Origin: an uncultured Candidatus Saccharibacteria bacterium
GTDB taxonomy: Bacteria; Patescibacteriota; CALEFQ01; G965231055
Assembly (NCBI GenBank): GCA_965231055.1
Contig: OZ246411.1
Location: forward strand, 345,875 to 409,874
Reading direction: 5' to 3'
DNA: 64,000 bases
Shown: positions 9,376 through 16,318 of the stretch, piece by piece
Numbering within the stretch: position 1 is the stretch's first letter
How the letters are laid out: each line of letters opens with the position of its first letter
Translations under genes and position numbers: made by a program
Notes under the pieces: generated by a model
The model's database searches: none
The model's input: only the letters and a program-made list of their open reading frames with translations
What the model was told of the DNA's origin: nothing

Positions 9376-9897
9376 ATGAAAACATTTATATTTTTGTTTA
9401 TTTTCTGTGGTTCAGTGGTTTTTGCTCAGGCTCCTTTCATTGTTGAGGATTGGTTGAGCGAAGGCAATAGCCCTAACTATCTCGATGGCGAATCGGGTAC
9501 TATTCTCCATCGCATGGCTAAGACGGGAGTTTTTCTTGACGAAGGAGAGTGTTCAGAAATAATCGAAATCCTGATCGCCCATGGAGTTTTTCTTGATAAA
9601 GTTGACCACAACGGCAGGACCGCATTGATGGTTGCTATCAAGGAAAAAAATCTGGTTCTCGCCAAAGTCATTATTAATGCCGGAGCAAAGGTGTGCTTGA
9701 GCGATAGTGAGGGTGATTCTACTCTTCACTTCGCTTCCAGGATTGGAGACATTGATTTGATAGAGATGATTTTGGAGCGAGGAGCTAGCCCGAGCCAGAG
9801 AAACGAATATGGAGAAAGCCCATACGAGATTGTTTTTTTCTCAGGTAATGAAAAAGCCTTCAAAATAATGGACTTCTATATTCGCCGTCTTTTCTAG
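9376..9897 (+). CDS. secreted ankyrin-repeat protein
   Basis: Signal peptide MKTFIFLFIFCGSVVFAQA. Ankyrin consensus stretches (GRTALMVAIKEKNLVLAKVIINAGAKV; GDSTLHFASRIGDIDLIEMILERGASP). Confidence 0.7.
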   Translation: MKTFIFLFIFCGSVVFAQAPFIVEDWLSEGNSPNYLDGESGTILHRMAKTGVFLDEGECSEIIEILIAHGVFLDKVDHNGRTALMVAIKEKNLVLAKVIINAGAKVCLSDSEGDSTLHFASRIGDIDLIEMILERGASPSQRNEYGESPYEIVFFSGNEKAFKIMDFYIRRLF

Positions 9898-9922
9898 CTC
9901 TCATCGTTCTTTTGTATTTTAA

Positions 9923-9948
9923 ATCCTACCTTCGGGCAGGATTTTTTA
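9923..9948 (+). terminator. intrinsic terminator
   Basis: atcctacc-ttcg-ggcaggat hairpin followed by tttttt. Confidence 0.6.
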
Positions 9949-10016
9949 TTACATTGATTATCTGATATAAATATGCTATAATATAAAAGTTAGTTTATTC
10001 ATTAAAACAAAAAAAA

Positions 10017-10196
10017 ATGAGCTCAAAAGTAATGCTTATGATCGTGAGCGTTCTCGTGCTTCTAATGGGTGTCTTGGCTCTATTGCCTTCATTGGAAATG
10101 GCTACAGAACCTATGTGGCACGCAGTAGTAAAGATTATCGTAGGTATCGCCGGTTTGGCAGTTGCTATGATGGATAAGAAAAAAATGGTTGCTTAG
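10017..10196 (+). CDS. possible small hydrophobic protein (59 aa, two predicted TM helices), not in the ORF track
   Basis: ATG...TAG ORF read directly (MSSKVMLMIVSVLVLLMGVLALLPSLEMATEPMWHAVVKIIVGIAGLAVAMMDKKKMVA). A cacccattgaagggtg plus T7 terminator follows at 10245-10267. No clear SD. Confidence 0.3.
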   Translation: MSSKVMLMIVSVLVLLMGVLALLPSLEMATEPMWHAVVKIIVGIAGLAVAMMDKKKMVA

Positions 10197-10244
10197 TCTT
10201 TCAAACAAATTCGCCCTCGCGAGCGATTTTGTTATATAAAAAAT

Positions 10245-10267
10245 CACCCATTGAAGGGTGTTTTTTT
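10245..10267 (+). terminator. intrinsic terminator
   Basis: cacccattgaagggtg hairpin followed by ttttttt. Confidence 0.6.
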
Positions 10268-10268
10268 G

Positions 10269-10290
10269 TTTGGGGTGGCTGATGGGATTT
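10269..10290. repeat. 22-bp direct repeat of the tRNA-His 3' end (ttggggtggctgatgggatttg), second copy at 10384-10405 inside the tRNA
   Basis: Identical 22-mer seen twice, about 93 bp apart. Candidate att-site remnant or tRNA pseudogene fragment. Confidence 0.6.
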
Positions 10291-10384
10291 GCCCCGCAAG
10301 CGTGCGGGGTTGTCGCTTCGCTCCAAAACTTGGATACAGCTTTATTCTTTATATTACACTTTGTGCTTCGAGATTCGTTATTAT

Positions 10385-10462
10385 TGGGGTGGCTGATGGG
10401 ATTTGAACCCACGACCTGCGGGACCACAACCCGCCGCTCTAACCAGCTGAGCTACAGCCACC
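10385..10462 (-). tRNA. tRNA-His (anticodon GTG), with encoded G-1 and CCA
   Basis: Manual folding: acceptor GTGGCTG/CAGCCAC, T-loop TTCAAAT, anticodon loop TTGTGGT, and an extra 5' G pairing with the discriminator C. Confidence 0.8.
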
Positions 10463-10622
10463 TCGCCGTCACTTCGCTTAGCTCGTTTTGGTGAGCAAGC
10501 TAGTGCTATGCTAAATATTTATTTCGTAAACTTTGCGGTATTGATTTTTTTCATATTCTGAAATTTAGCACCTAAAACCTAATTCATCTAGTTCCACTAA
10601 TTATTCTAAAATTTCTAGTAAG

Positions 10623-10699
10623 TGGCGTCCCCGGCAAGGATCGAACTTGCAACCTACAGCTTAGAAGGCTGTCGCTCTATCCAATTGAGCTACGGGGAC
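10623..10699 (-). tRNA. tRNA-Arg (anticodon TCT)
   Basis: Manual cloverleaf: GTCCCCG...CGGGGAC acceptor, anticodon loop CTTCTAA, T-loop TTCGATC, encoded CCA. Confidence 0.8.
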
Positions 10700-10894
10700 A
10701 CGCGTGGTTTCGATGTTGGGTATTAGTTTTCAGGTGTTAGAAGATCTAGAAGTATTAGATGTATTAGATCTTGGTGCAAATATTTCAATTTGAAGCAACT
10801 TGCATGATCTAAAACTTCTAATACCTCTAATAACTAAAACCTGAAACTTCTAGTCCTTCTAGTCACTGAAACCTCTAACCTAAAACCTAGTTAT

Positions 10895-10971
10895 TGGTGC
10901 ACCCGGAAGGAATCGAACCTTCAACCTCTAGTTCCGAAGACTAGCGCTCTATCCAGTTGAGCTACGGGTGC
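10895..10971 (-). tRNA. tRNA-Arg (anticodon TCG)
   Basis: Manual cloverleaf: GCACCCG...CGGGTGC acceptor, anticodon loop CTTCGGA, CCA encoded. Confidence 0.75.
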
Positions 10972-11131
10972 GCGTACGAGGTGCTAGGTTCTAGGGATTA
11001 GGTTCTGGGTGTTAGTGGAACTAGAGGATAAAGTAGTATTAGAGTGATTAGATGTATTAGAATATTTAGGTTTAAATAATCTTCTAAGCCAACTAATACT
11101 TCTAAAACCTATTCCCTATAACCTAGCCGAG

Positions 11132-11209
11132 TGGTGGACCCGAGCGGGGTCGAACCGCTGACCTCGGCAATGCGAATGCCGCGCTCTAGCCAAGCTGAGC
11201 TACGGGCCC
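11132..11209 (-). tRNA. tRNA-Ala (anticodon CGC)
   Basis: Manual cloverleaf: GGGCCCG acceptor with a G3:U70 pair (Ala identity), anticodon loop TTCGCAT, CCA encoded. Confidence 0.8.
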
Positions 11210-11283
11210 TTACGAGGTGACGCTAGCTACTAAAATCTGAAACTTCTAATTCTTCTAAAACCTATCACCTAAAACCTCAACTG

Positions 11284-11359
11284 TGGTGGGCGCAGAGGGA
11301 TTCGGACCCCCGACCTTATCCTTAAGAGGGATCTGCTCTACCAACTGAGCTATGCGCCC
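11284..11359 (-). tRNA. tRNA-Lys (anticodon CTT)
   Basis: Manual cloverleaf: GGGCGCA...TGCGCCC acceptor, anticodon loop CTCTTAA, T-loop TCCGAAT, CCA encoded. Confidence 0.8.
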
Positions 11360-11437
11360 TTTTTTACTCGCAAAATATACCAATATTCATGGCTTTAGTC
11401 AATATTTAGGCTTTTACTTTACATATAAGGTATCCTC

Positions 11438-12412
11438 TTATTTTCTTCTTTTTGCGTGAAAGGCTTTGTGTACTTCACGAAGCTGTTTGTCTGTCACGTG
11501 AGTGTATATTTGAGTAGTGGTGATAGAGGAGTGACCGAGCATTGATTGGACTGATCTGATGTCTGCTCCATTTGAAAGTAGGTCTGTGGCAAAGCTATGG
11601 CGGAGAGAATGTGTACTTATATCTTTTGATATACCTGCGAATTTGGCGTATTTTTTTATTGTTCTTTGCACGGTTCTGGGGGTGAGCCGTGGTTCTTTTG
11701 AATTATCTATATCTTCTTTTGCTGTTTTTGGATCAAAAGGAATGAACAAAGCTTTGAAATTATCTTTTCGCTTTGCCAAATAATTTTTGATAGCAGTCTT
11801 CGCAGAGTTAGAAAGAAATACGATTCTGGGTTTATCTCCTTTGCCTCTTATTGTAAATTCATCTTTGTTTAGATTTACACTTTCCTTATTTAGATTTGTA
11901 AGTTCGCTTACGCGAAGTCCCGTAGAAAAAAGCAGTTCCAAGATCGCCTTGTCTCGGAGCCTAGTTTTTTCGTGATCAATTTTGAGCTGATTTGGTTGCT
12001 TGCTGGTATTTGAAAAAGAAATAGACATGGGAGCATTTAGCAATCTTTCTATTTCATCTTGGTCAAGAAACTCTATGATCCTTCTTTCTGTTTTAGGTAG
12101 TTCTATTTTTTCAGGAGCCAGTGTTTTTATATCCTTTTTCGCTAAATATTTAAGAAACACTCGGAGCGCAATCATATGATAGTTTTGGGTAATTTTTTTG
12201 AGTGGTTTGCCTGAGGCATCTGTGTGACGATTTAACATAAGCCTAAAACTTCTTACTTTTTCTTGGGTGATCTCTTTGGGGGAGGAGATCTTCATCCAAT
12301 CAAAAAATCGCTTCAAATAATGATCATAATTTTGAATAGTTTTTTGTGAATGATTTTTTTCTATTTCACAGTACTCTAGAAAGTCCGTGACTAGCGTGTT
12401 GGCTGTGGCCAT
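11438..12412 (-). CDS. tyrosine site-specific recombinase (XerC/XerD-like integrase)
   Basis: C-terminal catalytic motifs HSLRHSFATDLL...LGHSSITTTQIYTHV (R-H-R-Y family). N-terminal SAM-like core-binding region. Directly adjacent to the tRNA array. Confidence 0.8.
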   Translation of the reverse strand: MATANTLVTDFLEYCEIEKNHSQKTIQNYDHYLKRFFDWMKISSPKEITQEKVRSFRLMLNRHTDASGKPLKKITQNYHMIALRVFLKYLAKKDIKTLAPEKIELPKTERRIIEFLDQDEIERLLNAPMSISFSNTSKQPNQLKIDHEKTRLRDKAILELLFSTGLRVSELTNLNKESVNLNKDEFTIRGKGDKPRIVFLSNSAKTAIKNYLAKRKDNFKALFIPFDPKTAKEDIDNSKEPRLTPRTVQRTIKKYAKFAGISKDISTHSLRHSFATDLLSNGADIRSVQSMLGHSSITTTQIYTHVTDKQLREVHKAFHAKRRK

Positions 12413-12570
12413 AGTGTTCAGTTATCAGTGTTCAGTATTCATTAGGGCAATTGAATGCTGATTACTGAAAACTGATCTCTGAATACTCGTATTGTACGAC
12501 ACTCGGTGCTTTTCTGCAAAATAAAAAGCCTCACTATTTTCGGAGTGAGGCGCTTGGGGTACGGATTTGA

Positions 12571-12876
12571 TTAAAGTTTGCAGGTCGAATGATCGGCCCC
12601 GATCTTGCGCAGGAGTCCGATGAGCATTTTTCCTCCTTTTGTTTTAATGCTCGGTTTTGCTTCTCTGTCTTTTTTTGTCATCTTCTTCTCATATTTTTCG
12701 AGGGCTTCGATGACCTCTTCCGTCTTTTTCAGTCTGATGCCGTGATTAAGCGTATCAATCACGTCTATTGCCCAAGCATCGCCGAGTTTCTGAAAAAGAT
12801 CATTTGCTCTTACGAAAAGATCTCCGAGCCTTGTTTCAAACTTTTGTCGAAAAAAATCAATTTGATGGCTGTTCAC
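12571..12876 (-). CDS. hypothetical protein (101 aa)
   Basis: GTG start with AGGAGG 7 nt upstream. Preferred over the overlapping plus-strand ORF 12589..12909, which is F/C-rich and unnatural. Confidence 0.5.
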   Translation of the reverse strand: MNSHQIDFFRQKFETRLGDLFVRANDLFQKLGDAWAIDVIDTLNHGIRLKKTEEVIEALEKYEKKMTKKDREAKPSIKTKGGKMLIGLLRKIGADHSTCKL

Positions 12877-13104
12877 TTTCGTTCCCTCCTTTGTAGTTTA
12901 CGGGACTAATGTCGTTACTCTCACACATAAAACCATTTACGTCAAGTAAGGAATTGGGTCTTTTTTATCTGGACAAAAAATACTATTATCTATATAATAA
13001 AGTTCGATTTATTCACTAACTACCGCGACGCGGAAATACCATTCTGGGTTTCTGCAGTCGATCCCTAAAAAGGGTGTACCTAAAAAAGGTATTGGCATAA
13101 AAAA

Positions 13105-13401
13105 ATGTTAACAACAGACGAAAAATCAAAAGTAATCAAAAAATTCAAGACACACGACAAAGACACTGGATCAGTAGAGGTTCAGGTTGGTGTGCTCTCA
13201 GAACAAATCAGTAGGTTGCAGAAACACCTTATTGATCACAAAAAAGATGTTCACTCCAGAAGAGGTCTTCTCAAAATGGTTAATCAGAGAAGAAAGCTTC
13301 TTTCTTACATCAAAACAGTTGATGAGAGTAGGCATGAGAATCTAGCTAAGAAAGTTGGTCTAAAAAAGACAAAAGCTCCTGTGAAATCAGAGGCTAAATA
13401 A
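13105..13401 (+). CDS. rpsO: 30S ribosomal protein S15
   Basis: 98 aa with the S15 signature ...HLIDHKKDVHSRRGLLKMVNQRRKLLSYIK.... Confidence 0.9.
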   Translation: MLTTDEKSKVIKKFKTHDKDTGSVEVQVGVLSEQISRLQKHLIDHKKDVHSRRGLLKMVNQRRKLLSYIKTVDESRHENLAKKVGLKKTKAPVKSEAK

Positions 13402-13410
13402 TTTATAATA

Positions 13411-13905
13411 ATGGTAAAAAATAAAGAGCAGAGAGTTGGTGTTTTCGCTGATACAGCTAATCTTTATCATGCAGCGCGCCATCTAGGCGGGCGAGTTAAT
13501 TTTAAAGAACTATTAAGACAGGCTGTTGCTGGAAGAAAGCTGATTCGAGCTATTGCATACGTGGTAACTTCTCAGGGAACTGAAGAACAGAAATTTTTCA
13601 ATGCTCTTGAGCAATCTGGTTTTGAAGTAAAATCAAAAGAACTTCAAATTTTCGCTGGAGGAAAGAAAAAAGGGGATTGGGATGTGGGAATTGCTATGGA
13701 TATGATTAGAGCTTCTGAGTCTTTGGATGTGATTATTTTGATGAGCGGTGATGGGGACTATGAACCAGTGGTAGAATATTTGCAAAATCACGGATTATTG
13801 GTTGAAGTTATGGCTTTCGCTGAAAGTGCTTCCGCAAGAATTATAGAAAGATCGGATGATTTTACTGACCTATCAAGCAATAAAAAGAAGTTTCTCATAA
13901 AGTAA
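13411..13905 (+). CDS. NYN-domain (LabA/YacP-like) putative RNase
   Basis: VGVFADTANLYHAA...DVGIAMDMI...LMSGDGDYEPVVEYL...EVMAF matches the NYN/LabA acidic-residue pattern (D...D...GDGD). Confidence 0.6.
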   Translation: MVKNKEQRVGVFADTANLYHAARHLGGRVNFKELLRQAVAGRKLIRAIAYVVTSQGTEEQKFFNALEQSGFEVKSKELQIFAGGKKKGDWDVGIAMDMIRASESLDVIILMSGDGDYEPVVEYLQNHGLLVEVMAFAESASARIIERSDDFTDLSSNKKKFLIK

Positions 13906-14107
13906 CTATTCAGTACTCAGTTTTCAGTATAAATATTTGATTATTGAAAACTGAATGCTGGTAGCTTAAAATTATTAATTAATAATGCTGTTCTTTGCAC
14001 AAGAGACTATAATCATGGCAATGGATAATCCGTTGTCTTGTAGTCTTAGGCGCATGGAACAGCAAATTTCTGCATGATTTTTCAGGCAGAAAAGAAAGAA
14101 CAAAGAA

Positions 14108-16318
14108 ATGAACAAAGAAATTAGTTTCGAAAAAGAGTTTGGTGGAAAAAAACTAACTCTTTCAACGGGTAAATTTGCCAAACAAGCTGACGGAGCAGTT
14201 ATGGCAAGATACGGAGATACTGTGGTGCTAGCCACGGTTGTTTTAGCTAAGGAGGGAAGAGATGGAGTTGATTATCTTCCACTTACAGTTGATTACGAAG
14301 AGAGAATGTACGCGTCAGGAAAAATCAAAGGATCAAGATTTGTAAAAAGAGAAGGTAGACCTTCTGAAGAAGCTATCCTAACCTCAAGACTTATTGATAG
14401 GCCGCTAAGACCCTTGCTTGATGAAAATATTAGACAAGATCTTCAGGTTATAGTTACTACACTTTCTTATGATGGAGAAAATGATCCAGATGTAGTGGGA
14501 ATAATCGCTGCTTCATCTGCGCTATCTATTTCAAAAGTTCCATTCAGAGGTCCTGTTGGCGGAGTTAGAGTTGGACGACTTGATGGAAAATTTGTCGTGA
14601 ATCCTACAGCTGAGCAGATCACCAAAAGTGATTTGGATCTAGTGGTTGCTGGTACTAAAGAAAATGTAGTTATGATAGAGGCGGGAGCCAAGCTTGTTGC
14701 TGATGAGGATATGCTAGAAGCTATTAAATTTGGACACGCAAATATCAAAGACGCCATAGAACTTCAAGAGCAACTTGTTAAAGAGTGCGCCAAAGAAAAA
14801 GTGACCTTTGAACCAATTGCAAACGAAGAAGTTAAGAAAATAGTTGAAGAAGTAGTTTCGGCTAGAATCTCAGAAGTCTTGGCTATCAAAGAAAAGACTC
14901 CTCGATATGCTCTCAAGGATGAGCTACTAAAACTTTGCCAAGAAAAAACCAAAGAAAAATTCCCAGAAGAAAGTTTTGGTGCAATCGTTGCTAAATATTT
15001 CGAAGAAATCTTGGCAACTGAAGTTAGAAAAAATATTCTTGAAAAAGGAGTGAGAATAGACGGAAGAAAACTTGATGAAGTAAGACCTATTACTGTTGAA
15101 GTAGGAATTCTTCCTCGTACTCACGGTACAGGACTATTTCGAAGAGGAGAGACTCAAGTTATGACAGTTACCACCCTTGGTGCTCCGAGTGATGAGCAGA
15201 CAATTGATGGTATGGAAGAAGAATACAAGAAGAGATACATGCATCATTACAATTTTCCTCCTTTCTCTGTAGGAGAAGCTGGAAGAGTAAAAGGTCCATC
15301 TCGAAGAGATATAGGACATGGTGCTTTGGCTGAAAGAGCTCTCGAACCAGTGCTTCCTTCAAAAGATGAATTTCCTTATACACTAAGATTGGTTTCTGAG
15401 GTTTTGGAAGCCAACGGATCAACTTCCATGGCATCAACTTGTGGATCTTCTTTGTCATTGATGGATGCTGGTGTACCTATCAAATCCCAGATAGCAGGTA
15501 TTGCTATGGGACTCGTGATGGGAGAAAACGGAAAATATGAAATATTGACAGATATCCAGGGAGAAGAGGATCACTTGGGTGATATGGACTTCAAGGTGAC
15601 TGGAAACGCCGGAGCAGTTACAGCTATGCAGATGGATATAAAAGTTGATGGTATTACTTTTGATGTTATGAAAGAAGCACTTGAAAGAGCCAAAGAAGGA
15701 AGAACTTTTATCTTGGGCAAAATGAATGATGTCATCAAGGAACCAAAAACAAGTCTATCTCCATTTGCTCCAAAGATTATCACCATAAAGATCAATCCAG
15801 AAAAAATTGCTGAAGTTATAGGATCTGGTGGAAAAATTATAAACAAAATTATTGAAACCACAGGAGTTGATTCTATTGATATAGAAGAAGATGGAACAGT
15901 ATTTATTTCAGGTGGCGGAAATTCAAAAGCTGATGAAGCTGTGAAGACTATCAGAAACATTGCGAGAGATCCTGAAATAGGAGAAATGCTTCATGGTAAA
16001 GTAACTAGAATTATGGATTTCGGAGCATTGGTTGAAATGTGGCCCGGAAGAGAAGGAATGGTTCATATTTCTGAGTTAGCTCCATATAGAGTAAACAGAG
16101 TAGAAGATATTATCAAAGAAGGTGATGAAGTTGATGTGATCGTAAAAGATTATGATTCAGAGACTGGAAAAACTTCGCTTTCAAAGACACTCGCAGATAC
16201 GAAGCTAGGAAAGAAAGTTGAGAAACCAAAAGATTATGTAGAAAATTCAAGCAGGGGATTTGGAAGTAGACCAAGAACTAATCAAAATGGCAGAAGACCT
16301 TTCTTCAAAAAGAGATAA
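14108..16318 (+). CDS. pnp: polyribonucleotide nucleotidyltransferase (PNPase)
   Basis: Two RNase PH-like domains (GDMDFKV motif), KH (EVIGSGGKIINKIIE) and S1 (GKVTRIMDFGALVE) regions. Sits after rpsO. Confidence 0.95.
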   Translation: MNKEISFEKEFGGKKLTLSTGKFAKQADGAVMARYGDTVVLATVVLAKEGRDGVDYLPLTVDYEERMYASGKIKGSRFVKREGRPSEEAILTSRLIDRPLRPLLDENIRQDLQVIVTTLSYDGENDPDVVGIIAASSALSISKVPFRGPVGGVRVGRLDGKFVVNPTAEQITKSDLDLVVAGTKENVVMIEAGAKLVADEDMLEAIKFGHANIKDAIELQEQLVKECAKEKVTFEPIANEEVKKIVEEVVSARISEVLAIKEKTPRYALKDELLKLCQEKTKEKFPEESFGAIVAKYFEEILATEVRKNILEKGVRIDGRKLDEVRPITVEVGILPRTHGTGLFRRGETQVMTVTTLGAPSDEQTIDGMEEEYKKRYMHHYNFPPFSVGEAGRVKGPSRRDIGHGALAERALEPVLPSKDEFPYTLRLVSEVLEANGSTSMASTCGSSLSLMDAGVPIKSQIAGIAMGLVMGENGKYEILTDIQGEEDHLGDMDFKVTGNAGAVTAMQMDIKVDGITFDVMKEALERAKEGRTFILGKMNDVIKEPKTSLSPFAPKIITIKINPEKIAEVIGSGGKIINKIIETTGVDSIDIEEDGTVFISGGGNSKADEAVKTIRNIARDPEIGEMLHGKVTRIMDFGALVEMWPGREGMVHISELAPYRVNRVEDIIKEGDEVDVIVKDYDSETGKTSLSKTLADTKLGKKVEKPKDYVENSSRGFGSRPRTNQNGRRPFFKKR

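Noticed and set aside
10258-10494. 78-aa plus-strand ORF and 112-aa minus ORF (10089..10427)
   Set aside because: They overlap the tRNA-His gene and the tRNA 3'-end duplication. This is non-coding tRNA DNA.
12589-12909. 106-aa plus-strand ORF overlapping the 12571..12876 minus-strand ORF
   Set aside because: F/C-rich, unnatural composition. The minus-strand ORF has a GTG start with a perfect AGGAGG SD, so the plus ORF is treated as a shadow frame.
13975-14235. 86-aa minus ORF overlapping the pnp start
   Set aside because: Overlaps the confidently identified pnp. No RBS.
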